A stretch of DNA of 42,163 nucleotides, from contig JBBWVS010000118.1 in the NCBI GenBank assembly GCA_050256335.1, positions 1-42,163 on the forward strand. The letters are read 5' to 3'. This document shows positions 20,594 through 29,481 of this stretch, piece by piece. How positions within the stretch are numbered: position 1 is the first letter of the stretch; the number at the start of each line of letters is the position of its first letter. Position numbers and translations under genes: made by a program. The notes beneath the pieces were generated by a model. It saw only the letters and a program-made list of their open reading frames with translations, made no database searches and was not told the origin of the DNA. Source of the stretch: Gammaproteobacteria bacterium (GTDB lineage: Bacteria; Pseudomonadota; Gammaproteobacteria; PS1; Pseudothioglobaceae).

Positions 20594-21676
20594 ATGATCA
20601 TTAGCAGATTAACAACTCGGGTTGTCGAGCTTCCTTTCGAAAAGCCCATTAAAACAGCAATTCACGATATCCGCTCAGTGGGTTGTGTACTACTCACTAT
20701 TGAAACGGATGAGGGCATCCAGGGTGAATCCTATCTATTTGCATTAAATGCTATACGCATTAAAGCCTTTGATGAAATGATTAAGGGCTTTGCACCCCAC
20801 CTAATCGGCAAAGACCCGCATTTTATTGAAGCCATCTGGCAGGATATCTGGAGGGAAATAAACCCCACTGGCCACAAAGGCGTTACCGTTTCCGCGCTTT
20901 CAACTATTGATACAGCGCTTTGGGACATTATCGGTAAAGCAGTTAATTTACCACTGCACAAAGTGTTTGGTGCCTGTCGAAGCAAGATAAAAACCTATGC
21001 CAGTGGCAGCTTATGGCTTTCACAAGATATTGGTGAACTTATTGAAGAGGCCCATATTTTTCTTCAACAAGGCCATAGGTCAATGAAACTTAGACTGGGC
21101 TCTAAAGACTTCAAAGATGACGTAGAACGCGTCAAGCAACTGCGAGAGGCGATTGGATCGGACGTTGAACTGATGGCAGATCTCAATCAAGCCTTAACCC
21201 CAAAACAAGCAATAAAACTGGGTAAAGAATTACAAGAATTTGATCTTCTTTGGCTGGAAGAGCCGGTACCGGCCTATGACCTTGTTGGCCATAGCGAAGT
21301 GCGTCAAGCGCTGGATATCCCGATTGCCTCAGGCGAAACTGAATACACTCGTTACGGCATGCGCGCCATGATTGAAGCCAAAGCCTGCGACATTCTTATG
21401 CCCGATTTACAGCGAATCGGCGGCCTTAGCGAGATGCGCAAAGTAGCACATTTAGCCGAAGCTTACAACTTGCCAATTTCTACCCATATTTTCACCGAGC
21501 AGAGTCTGTGCATAGCCGGTTCCGTTGAGAATTGCACTTCGATTGAACACATGCCTTGGTACGCGCCTCTGTTTAACGAGAAAATATCTATTGTCGAAGG
21601 CTGCATTGATATTCCAGAGCGTCCAGGACTTGGCTTTACCTTTGATGAAAAAGCAATTGCGAAGCTTCTGATTTAG
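20594..21676 (+). CDS. Enolase-superfamily enzyme, mandelate racemase subgroup
   Basis: IDTALWDI, MKLRLG (KxR), metal ligands ADLNQ / WLEEP / SGETE, Asp-His dyad MPDL...STH, PERPGLG. Confidence 0.9.
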   Translation: MIISRLTTRVVELPFEKPIKTAIHDIRSVGCVLLTIETDEGIQGESYLFALNAIRIKAFDEMIKGFAPHLIGKDPHFIEAIWQDIWREINPTGHKGVTVSALSTIDTALWDIIGKAVNLPLHKVFGACRSKIKTYASGSLWLSQDIGELIEEAHIFLQQGHRSMKLRLGSKDFKDDVERVKQLREAIGSDVELMADLNQALTPKQAIKLGKELQEFDLLWLEEPVPAYDLVGHSEVRQALDIPIASGETEYTRYGMRAMIEAKACDILMPDLQRIGGLSEMRKVAHLAEAYNLPISTHIFTEQSLCIAGSVENCTSIEHMPWYAPLFNEKISIVEGCIDIPERPGLGFTFDEKAIAKLLI

Positions 21677-21686
21677 TGATATTGAA

Positions 21687-22949
21687 ATGACTCCAAATAG
21701 CAACATAGAACAAATTATCGAAGAGGGTCTGTGCATCGGTTGCGGTCTCTGTGCTTCTGTTTTCTCCAATCAAATTCAAATGCAAGTTGCACCTTCCGGT
21801 CATCTGCGCCCCTCAGAAAGCACACCATTAAGTTCAGAGCAAAATACCCATCTACAAAGCTTTTGCCCAGGCGTTGTGCATTCAGGCATGCCGAGCGACA
21901 AAATCGTAAACCTTGAAAACCTAGATCCAACGTGGGGGCCGATAGAAACAATAGTGAGAGCACATTCAAGTGATGCAAAAATAAGACACAAGGCTGCTAC
22001 CGGTGGAGGACTTACCGCAATCAGTCTGTATTTACTGGAGAGCGGGACAGTTGATGGCGTTTTGCAAGTGGCAGGTGGTGGCCTAAAGGCGTATTTTGGT
22101 CATTCACAACTAAGCCAATCCAGCGAAGATATCATCAACGGCTGCGGCTCAATCTATGCCTCCACTTCACCACTAGAAAATTTGCTCAAAATCCTAGATA
22201 CTGGTATCAATATTGCGCTTGTCGCCAAACCGTGTGACATTTCAGCGGTGCGCTTGTTGGGGAAAAAAGATCCAAGAATTGATCAACAAATTAAAGCGTT
22301 ATTAACACCTATTTGTGGCGGCTTCTTCCCGCCATTTGCTATGGATAATTTTCTCAAATCTGTTGGCGCCGATGAGAGTGATGTTAAAAGTGTCAGTTAT
22401 CGGGGCGAAGGCTGCCCTGGACCGACCACTATTCGCTTCAAAAACGGCGAGACAATCACGAAAACTTATCTGGACTTCTGGGGTACTGACTCCTCACAAT
22501 GGTACATCCCTTGGCGCTGTCGTATTTGTCCAGACGGCTCGGGCGAGGCGGCTGATATTGTTTCAGGAGACACATGGCCAAACTGTGAACCGACCTTAGA
22601 AATGATAGAAAACGATCTGGGCACCAATGTTGTGGTGGGTCGCACCTCTAGGGGTGCGGATATTATTAATGGTGCCATACAATCCAACTACCTTAGCCTA
22701 GAGGGTGATGCCAAACCGAGCGATTTAGACTATTGGCAACCGCACCTAGTAAAAAAGAAGATCACTGCAGATGCGAGGTATGCCGGTATGAGGGCTGCTG
22801 GTCAAGAGGGCCTTACAACGATTGATTTGAGAACCGATGCCCTCAAGAGGCGCATGAATGAGAGCGACTATCAGCAAGAACTTGAAGGCACAACTCGTAG
22901 AATAAAAATAGGCAAACACCACGATGATTTCACCTCTGAATCCGATTAG
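21687..22949 (+). CDS. FrhB/FdhB-family (F420 hydrogenase beta-like) Fe-S flavoprotein
   Basis: LCIGCGLC...CP ferredoxin motif, AATGGGLT, GSIY, KPCD, YRGEGCPG, WRCRICPD...ADIVSGDTW, RTSRG. Confidence 0.85.
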   Translation: MTPNSNIEQIIEEGLCIGCGLCASVFSNQIQMQVAPSGHLRPSESTPLSSEQNTHLQSFCPGVVHSGMPSDKIVNLENLDPTWGPIETIVRAHSSDAKIRHKAATGGGLTAISLYLLESGTVDGVLQVAGGGLKAYFGHSQLSQSSEDIINGCGSIYASTSPLENLLKILDTGINIALVAKPCDISAVRLLGKKDPRIDQQIKALLTPICGGFFPPFAMDNFLKSVGADESDVKSVSYRGEGCPGPTTIRFKNGETITKTYLDFWGTDSSQWYIPWRCRICPDGSGEAADIVSGDTWPNCEPTLEMIENDLGTNVVVGRTSRGADIINGAIQSNYLSLEGDAKPSDLDYWQPHLVKKKITADARYAGMRAAGQEGLTTIDLRTDALKRRMNESDYQQELEGTTRRIKIGKHHDDFTSESD

Positions 22950-22965
22950 CTTTTAGACACCGTTG

Positions 22966-23030
22966 CTATCGTTTTCTCGATAGACTGTATAGTGTTTTTT
23001 TTAGCATCGCCATCATCCATAATATAAAAT
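22966..23030 (+). promoter_or_regulatory. Degenerate third copy of the LysR promoter (1-bp shorter spacer) upstream of the sdaA remnant
   Basis: CTATCG-TTTTCT-CGATAG (N6 rather than N7), then TATAGTGTTTT and -10-like TAAAAT at 23025-23030, offset 57 versus 58 in the intact copies. Confidence 0.55.
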
Positions 23031-23053
23031 AGTCTCTTTCCGGGGGTGTTGTT

Positions 23054-23166
23054 ATGTTGATTAGTGTACTGGATTTATTCAAAGTAGGTATTGGGCTCTT
23101 GATCTGTCGCACAAATACAAAGAAACTTCCTTAGGCGTTCTGGCTGTTAGTTTTATCGAGTGTTAA
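23054..23166 (+). pseudogene. sdaA: L-serine dehydratase remnant with almost the whole interior deleted
   Basis: 23054-23095 reads MLISVLDLFKVGIG (SdaA N-terminus), joined out of frame to 23101-23166 DLSHKYKETSLGVLAVSFIEC* (SdaA C-terminal KYKETSxGGLA...EC motif); RBS-like GGGGGTG upstream. Confidence 0.88.
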
Positions 23167-23230
23167 ACCGCGACCACGCTTAAGCCAAAATTCACCAGAT
23201 TCATTACACAATCAATACAAACATATAAGT

Positions 23231-23575
23231 ATGAACGGCCGCACAATCACAAACCCTATTAACAGCAAACTCAAGCCATTCAATAAAGACGGTGTAGTCA
23301 TTCCCAATATGAGTTGGCATGAAATTAGCTTTGATCAAAAGAAAGGATTTGGTACTTTCATACTTAGTATGCTTCCCGGCACAAAGTCCAGCACTTATGA
23401 GCGCCCTGGACTTGAGGAAATTTATATGTTAGAAGGTGAACTGATAGACGCTGACGGGACGGTGTTTAAAAAAGGTGAGCTCATCACTTTTGAACCGGGC
23501 ACAATCCATAGTCACCACTCAGTAAAAGGTTGTATGTTGTTAGTATTTATCAGACCAGCAAAGAATCCACTTTAA
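23231..23575 (+). CDS. Small ChrR-like cupin protein, paralog lacking the HxH metal motif
   Basis: Aligns end to end with 30592-30936 (ITNP, MSWHEIS, GFGTF, FKKG, KGC.LLVF) but has STYERPGLEE in place of IPHEHTGFEE. Confidence 0.75.
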   Translation: MNGRTITNPINSKLKPFNKDGVVIPNMSWHEISFDQKKGFGTFILSMLPGTKSSTYERPGLEEIYMLEGELIDADGTVFKKGELITFEPGTIHSHHSVKGCMLLVFIRPAKNPL

Positions 23576-23592
23576 CTGGCAGTTCTACAGTG

Positions 23593-24594
23593 TTAAATCG
23601 CTTGAATTTTCTCTAATAAAGCCACACTCACCGCAACGCCATTTTTCTCATGAGCAGCTCTCGCAACAACGCGCTTTGAGCCAGACAGGTGCGCGCCCTC
23701 TTGAGCAACGATAGAGCTGGTTAGTGTCTGAATTCGCTCGCCAAAAACATCTGGTGAGAACACATCTGGTGAGGCTGCAAAAAAGAATTGACCCGTTCTC
23801 GGTGGGCCACCTGCCGTTCCGGCAAATGGGCTAGCATCCTGAGACAGTGTCGCCCCAGCCATAACAGCGGCAAAAACTTCAACCAATAATCCCGCACCAA
23901 AACCCTTGTAGCCACCCACTGGCACCATAGAACCCTTCATAGCAGCATCGGCATCGGTAGTCGGGTTGCCATCTGCATCGTACGCCCAGCCCTCAGGAAT
24001 TGATTTTCCGGCCTGTGCGTGCATCTTAATTTCGCTCTTGGCAACCACACTGGCGGACTGATCAAGAACAAAAGCAACGCCGCCTTTGCCATCCGGTACA
24101 GCGACAGAAAAAGGATTGGTGCCAATAATTGACTTGTTACCACCGACTGGCATGATTGATGCGGGTGCATTAGTAAACCCTAGGCCGGTCATTCCTGCTT
24201 GTGCAATACGCTCTGAATGAAAACCAAGCACACCACAATTATAAGAATTTCTGACAGACATCGCAGCACAGCCATTCTTCTTGGCACTTTCAATCAATAA
24301 ATCAAAACCTGCGTCAATCGCTGGATGAGCAAAACCACTGTCTGCATCAATCACAATAGCGCTAGGGGCCGCATGATTAACAACCACCTTTGCATTTGGG
24401 TTAACCTTGCCACAAGTCAAATGTTCGCAATAAATTGGCACATAAACTAAGCCATGGCTAGCAATACCATCCATTTCAGCAGCGGCCACACCTCTTGCAA
24501 GGGCACTAGCAGCGATCTCGCTGGCACCTGAATTCATCAGCGCCTTAATCGCAACTTGTTCTATTTCTTCCCTATTTAGTAATGTTGTATTCAT
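23593..24594 (-). CDS. Ldh_2-family (malate/L-lactate dehydrogenase type 2; ComC/DpkA-like) oxidoreductase
   Basis: DGIASHG, IDADSGF, GTNPFS, IPEGWAYDADGNPTTD, GGYKGFG, GPPRTGQ. Confidence 0.88.
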   Translation of the reverse strand: MNTTLLNREEIEQVAIKALMNSGASEIAASALARGVAAAEMDGIASHGLVYVPIYCEHLTCGKVNPNAKVVVNHAAPSAIVIDADSGFAHPAIDAGFDLLIESAKKNGCAAMSVRNSYNCGVLGFHSERIAQAGMTGLGFTNAPASIMPVGGNKSIIGTNPFSVAVPDGKGGVAFVLDQSASVVAKSEIKMHAQAGKSIPEGWAYDADGNPTTDADAAMKGSMVPVGGYKGFGAGLLVEVFAAVMAGATLSQDASPFAGTAGGPPRTGQFFFAASPDVFSPDVFGERIQTLTSSIVAQEGAHLSGSKRVVARAAHEKNGVAVSVALLEKIQAI

Positions 24595-24629
24595 ATAAAC
24601 TCCTTAATTACAAATTTAGAATGGTTTGA

Positions 24630-25340
24630 TTAATCCGTATCCACCAAACCTGCGCCTGCGCCAGATGCTCTCGACTGGGCCGTTGACTTCACCAAACAGC
24701 GAGAAAAATAGGCAACAATCGCACCCCAATGCTCGTGCACTGCAACACCTGTTTGTAGAATTTTTGCTTTTTCGGCTTTGCTGTCAAATCTCTGTATGTT
24801 GCCTTCTAGCGCAAGCTCTGAATCACGCAACAAACTCACTGTCATCGTTGCACCCTTACTCAACTCAATCACGCTTGCAGTATCACTGATGATTTGCCAC
24901 CCATCTTTTCCAATAATATTCACTTGAAAATTTGCACCACTCTCATCGAGCCAGCACACTTTCCAGCCTTCAATGTGATTAGCACCCAATGCAGCAGCAA
25001 CCAAAAGTGGCGAATCAACATTAGCAATTGTCAACAGCGACCCCTGGTCGCTTGTAATCCAGTCAAGCGCACTAACAGAGGCTTGTAGAGCAGACAAATA
25101 CTGGAAACTCGTCCCACTAAAACCATCACCATTTTGCTCTATCGCCAAAGAACTCTTACCCTCGTCAAGACTGTCAAGCGCAACAATACTGCACAAAGAC
25201 GGATCAAAACCATTCTCTGCCAGCCACATGTTACTGCGTGCAAAATCTTCAGAAATACCGATGGGCGCATTGACGCCAAAACCCGCACGAGTGAAGATAA
25301 ATAGAATCTCGTTTAGCGAAATTGTTAGCTGTTCTGACAT
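24630..25340 (-). CDS. DUF3726-like protein of unknown function
   Basis: Start re-assigned to ATG at 25340 (TAATG overlap with the upstream stop): MSEQLTISLNEI...RAGFG, C-terminal SRASGAGAGLVDTD as recalled for DUF3726. Confidence 0.65.
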   Translation of the reverse strand: MSEQLTISLNEILFIFTRAGFGVNAPIGISEDFARSNMWLAENGFDPSLCSIVALDSLDEGKSSLAIEQNGDGFSGTSFQYLSALQASVSALDWITSDQGSLLTIANVDSPLLVAAALGANHIEGWKVCWLDESGANFQVNIIGKDGWQIISDTASVIELSKGATMTVSLLRDSELALEGNIQRFDSKAEKAKILQTGVAVHEHWGAIVAYFSRCLVKSTAQSRASGAGAGLVDTD

Positions 25341-27037
25341 TAGACTGGGGCTTTCGGTCGAATTGAAAAAGCCCAATCATCGTGCTCAACATCCGCGAGT
25401 TGGTCGGGCATTGGTGCGCCTTGATACATCGAAATTCTTGTCCATAGGTCTGATTTTGGATCAAATTTAGAGGCGCCAAAAAATGCCAATTTAAAGCGCA
25501 ACAAATCCAGTGGCCTCATCGTTTCACCCAATAAATTGTCCTGCACTTCAGCATAAGGCCTAAGCGCAGTATTTTGAATGCGGCGAATAATGTGCCTAAA
25601 CTGAGGATATTGCAAAACAAATTCGCCTGTCGTCATCTCATTTTTAACACTTTTTAATTGCTCATTAAGGTCATCTGTATCCCGCCCAATAGCCAAAGGC
25701 ATTTCTTGGTCAACGCCGTCGTCAACGCCTTTTGAGCCAAAACGCGGCTCTAACTTATCTTCTGAATAATACCAAAAATGGTGCTGTGACTCGCTCAGTG
25801 AAAAATCAATGTTGGTCGCCCAAGCGTAGTAGTCTCTAACTATCGATTTCAGCCTTGCAAGCGACATACCAGCCTCGAACTGAGGGGCAGTCGTTGAAAA
25901 CATGGTGTCGGCCAAATCATCCACCAACGTTCCGTGTGGCTCAATAATAAGAGAAACCACCATTTCTTGACATTCCAAAGAAAAATTATCCTCAACAAAC
26001 TGGTAAATACCATTCCAAGGGTATGGCTTCACAAGATTATTCTCATCATCGCACCAGCTGGCTAGCTCAGCAATCTCCGTTTCCAGCTGCGCAATGCGAG
26101 CACTTTGAACCTCGTCGGCAACACGCCATTCTTTCAGATGCTGGGCCACTTGTCGAACACTTTGGATGTATGCATCAAGAGAGCCTTGAACCGGTGTTTC
26201 GAGACTACGAACCCTAGCCAGAGCAGTCTCCTTTGCTGTCACCCAATTATGTATTAATACAGGGTGTTTTAGTAAAAATGGCGCCATGCCGAGACCGGTA
26301 GAATTACCGACGCCAATAAATTGACGAATATGAGACTCGAGGCTAACCGCTCTATCACCGCCTCTTTTTTTGGCAATGGTTTCGACCAAATCAATCGTAA
26401 ACCAACGGATTAAATAAACCGCCAGCAGTTCCATGTGAAACGAAACTTTGCACTCGCCGCGTTCAGCAATTTTGGCGCGATCAGCGCAGCCAAACTTACC
26501 ACTACCGTACACCGCCGTTGTGCGCATAATATAACCAACTGAGGCAAGCAATTCAACATCCGGCTGCTTACCGTCTGCAAGTGATGAAACTATGTGCTCG
26601 AATAGTCTTAAACTTTTATTGGCTCGTGCCAAACTAAGCTCGCTCGGTCGAAAACGCCCGCCTTCTTGCTTGGGTGTATTCTGTGCAAGATAATCGATAT
26701 CGGCCTGTGTCGGCACACCATCAAATAAATTAAATGTCGCGTCCCAAACCTCAGCGATGACTCGATCGGTGCGCATATCGGCAGGAATATCCTGAGTAAA
26801 AGCAATTAAGGAATAGGTGCGCTCTGGCGTATGTGCCGCATAAATACTGACACCATAACCATTTTCATCGACGTCTTGGCGCAGCTTCTCAAACCGCCAT
26901 TTTTCCTTCGACATACGGCGAATAAGGGTTCGCATAAAGCTTAATCGCGTTGGGAATGACGAGCCCATTCTATCAAGACGCATCACCTGCTCTGGCGGCC
27001 TCATCATCACTTCATCAAGTTTAGCGCTAAAAGGCAT
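25340..27037 (-). CDS. Conserved-looking hypothetical protein, 565 aa
   Basis: Long ORF tightly coupled to both neighbours; enzyme-like motifs (RTDRVIA..WD, RANKS, MRTTAVYGSGKFG, GNSTGLGMAPF, FWYYSEDKLEPR, KFDPKSD) with no family I can name. Confidence 0.85.
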   Translation of the reverse strand: MPFSAKLDEVMMRPPEQVMRLDRMGSSFPTRLSFMRTLIRRMSKEKWRFEKLRQDVDENGYGVSIYAAHTPERTYSLIAFTQDIPADMRTDRVIAEVWDATFNLFDGVPTQADIDYLAQNTPKQEGGRFRPSELSLARANKSLRLFEHIVSSLADGKQPDVELLASVGYIMRTTAVYGSGKFGCADRAKIAERGECKVSFHMELLAVYLIRWFTIDLVETIAKKRGGDRAVSLESHIRQFIGVGNSTGLGMAPFLLKHPVLIHNWVTAKETALARVRSLETPVQGSLDAYIQSVRQVAQHLKEWRVADEVQSARIAQLETEIAELASWCDDENNLVKPYPWNGIYQFVEDNFSLECQEMVVSLIIEPHGTLVDDLADTMFSTTAPQFEAGMSLARLKSIVRDYYAWATNIDFSLSESQHHFWYYSEDKLEPRFGSKGVDDGVDQEMPLAIGRDTDDLNEQLKSVKNEMTTGEFVLQYPQFRHIIRRIQNTALRPYAEVQDNLLGETMRPLDLLRFKLAFFGASKFDPKSDLWTRISMYQGAPMPDQLADVEHDDWAFSIRPKAPV

Positions 27038-27040
27038 TAC

Positions 27041-28033
27041 TTATGTATTGGCTGACCCAAATGAAGATTCAAAAAATCTTAGCCAGTTCTCGCCCATCAC
27101 GCCCGCCACGTCTTTCTCAGACATGCCAACCGATCTTAGGCCGCTCTCAAGGTTTGAAAAATCACGGTTGTCTTTAAACCAGTCCGGCTGGGCTGGAAAA
27201 CCCGCAGCGCTTGCTGAGCCCTCACCAAAGTCACGATCACGTGTCCAGGTGCCGTTGCGCATCCACTCAACAACGCTATCGGGTTGATTTTGACAAAGAT
27301 CACTTCCAATGCCAATATTGTCAATACCGATGACTTCAGCAGTATCGGCAATCATCGTACAAAAGCTTTCTAAAGTGCAATCCGATTTATCTTTTAAATG
27401 ATGTGGGTACATCGAAAAACCGAGCATACCGCCGCTCTCACCTAGAGCTTTTAATACTTGGTTTGACTTGTTTCTAAGCGCTGGATGCCAAAATACTGGG
27501 TTGGCATGAGTAATCGCAATAGGGCGTTCAGAAATCTCAATCGCCTGCATCGTTGAATGCTCTGCAGAATGACTCATATCCACCACAAGCCCTACTCGAT
27601 TCATTTCTTTAATCACTTGCTTACCCATTCGAGTAATACCAGGATCGTTGGCCTCGTAGCAACCTGTGCCCAATAAACTCTGGTTGTTGTAGGTCAACTG
27701 CATAAAGCGTGCACCGAGTTGGTGGCAAATTTCAACCAAACCAATATTATCTTCAATCGGTGAGCAGTTTTGATAGCCAAAGAAAATAGCGGTACGTCCT
27801 TGAGCTTTCGCTGTGCGTACGTCTTCCGCCGTCTTCCCCAAAAAAATCAAATCACCATAATCCTCAAACCGACGATTCCAATCGATGACGTTTTGCACCA
27901 TCTCTTGAAAATCTTCGTGATAACAAATGGTTACGTGAATAGCGCTGAGGCCGCCTACGTTTATTTGCTGAAAGACTTCCTCACTCCAATTGTTGTATTG
28001 CAGCGCATCGATATAAAGAGATGGGTGTGCCAT
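27041..28033 (-). CDS. M19 (membrane/renal dipeptidase family) amidohydrolase with altered metal site
   Basis: QLTYNNQ, GITRMGKQVIKEMNRVG, DMSH, ITHAN, RNKS, GIGSD; canonical DGHND and Glu ligand replaced by IDALQY and GYQN. Confidence 0.85.
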   Translation of the reverse strand: MAHPSLYIDALQYNNWSEEVFQQINVGGLSAIHVTICYHEDFQEMVQNVIDWNRRFEDYGDLIFLGKTAEDVRTAKAQGRTAIFFGYQNCSPIEDNIGLVEICHQLGARFMQLTYNNQSLLGTGCYEANDPGITRMGKQVIKEMNRVGLVVDMSHSAEHSTMQAIEISERPIAITHANPVFWHPALRNKSNQVLKALGESGGMLGFSMYPHHLKDKSDCTLESFCTMIADTAEVIGIDNIGIGSDLCQNQPDSVVEWMRNGTWTRDRDFGEGSASAAGFPAQPDWFKDNRDFSNLESGLRSVGMSEKDVAGVMGENWLRFFESSFGSANT

Positions 28034-29481
28034 TATGGGTTGCCTGATGAGATATAGGATGTTTTCACTTGAGTATAAAGCTCTTTGGCGTATTGACCCT
28101 GTTCTCTTGGGCCAAAGCTTGAGTTCTTTCTACCGCCAAAAGGCACGTGATAGTCTGTACCCGCTGTAGGTAAGTTGACCATCACACAGCCGCTTTCTGC
28201 ATTTCTGCGGAAGTGACTTGCTTTAGACAGTGATTGAGTGATAATGCCAGAAACTAAACCAAAATCGGTGTCGTTTGCCACGGACAACGCTTCATCATAA
28301 TCGGCAACTTTGATCACACACGCCATTGGCGCGAATAATTCTTCACGGTTAAGGCGCATGGCGTTATCGCCACCAATTAGAAGCGCTGGCTGCATATAGT
28401 GCCCCGGTGTCGCCAATTCAAGCGCATCGCCACCACAAACAACCTCACAACCCTCATCACGTGCGAGTTGCATATAATCTAGGTTAGAGGCCAATTGCTC
28501 TGCACTAGCTGCAGGACCAATTTGTGTGCCATCCTCCAATGCGTGCCCTACTTTAAGAGCTGAAGTAGAGGCTGTCATACGCTCAACAAACTCATCGTGA
28601 ATGGATTGATGAACCACCAAGCGCGAAGACGCTGTGCATTTTTGCCCAGTAGAGCCGAAGGCGCCGCCCGTTGCTGCAGCAACAGCAACATCAATATCCG
28701 CATCGTCCATCACCACTAGTGGATTCTTGGAGCCTAGCTCTAGTTGGAACTTGGTTAAGTTTTGTGCCGCAGCACTGGCAATTTGACGGCCAACATCGTA
28801 AGAGCCGGTAAAGCTGATGGCGTGCACTTTCGAGCTTTCGACCAATGCCTGACCAATTGAGCCGCCCGAGCCCATCACCAAATTAAACAAACCTTTAGGA
28901 ATATCTTGTCTTGAAATAATCTCAGCTAGGGCTAGCGCACTGGCAGGCGTTAAATTAGCTGGCTTCCAAATAACTGCATTGCCGAATGCAAGTGCCGGCG
29001 CAATTTTCCAGCTGGCAGTTGCTGTTGGGAAATTCCAGGGTGAGATAATTGCCACAGTTCCCATGGGTTCACGACGAATATCGACCTCAATATTAGGTCG
29101 CACAGAGTCTGCAGTATCGCCGCTTTGGCGCAAGACTTCTGCTGCATAATAAGTAAAAAATTGTCCAGCGCGATAAACTTCGCCTTTGCCTTCAGCTGTT
29201 GGCTTGCCTTCTTCACGGGAGAGTAATTCACCCAACTCAGCACTGCGAGCCATCATTTCTTCGCCAATTCTCATCAGTACTGCTTGGCGTTGCTCAAGGC
29301 CGGTAGCCGCCCATTGTCTTTGCGCAATTTGTGCAGAGTTAAGCGCGTCATCTAATTGCGCCGAACTTGCTTGAGCGTATTGACCGATAACATCATTGGT
29401 ATCAGATGGGTTGATATTTGCGTTTGAGCTAGGGCCTTCAACCCAGTCGCCGGCGATGTAGTTTTTTGAAATTTTTGACAT
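28033..29481 (-). CDS. Aldehyde dehydrogenase, alpha-ketoglutaric semialdehyde dehydrogenase-like
   Basis: PWNFP, WKPA, FTGS, LELGSKNP, GQKCTA, EELFAP, PFGGRK; true start probably ATG at 29481 (MSKISKNYIAG), not 29577; stop overlaps the next ATG. Confidence 0.9.
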   Translation of the reverse strand: MSKISKNYIAGDWVEGPSSNANINPSDTNDVIGQYAQASSAQLDDALNSAQIAQRQWAATGLEQRQAVLMRIGEEMMARSAELGELLSREEGKPTAEGKGEVYRAGQFFTYYAAEVLRQSGDTADSVRPNIEVDIRREPMGTVAIISPWNFPTATASWKIAPALAFGNAVIWKPANLTPASALALAEIISRQDIPKGLFNLVMGSGGSIGQALVESSKVHAISFTGSYDVGRQIASAAAQNLTKFQLELGSKNPLVVMDDADIDVAVAAATGGAFGSTGQKCTASSRLVVHQSIHDEFVERMTASTSALKVGHALEDGTQIGPAASAEQLASNLDYMQLARDEGCEVVCGGDALELATPGHYMQPALLIGGDNAMRLNREELFAPMACVIKVADYDEALSVANDTDFGLVSGIITQSLSKASHFRRNAESGCVMVNLPTAGTDYHVPFGGRKNSSFGPREQGQYAKELYTQVKTSYISSGNP

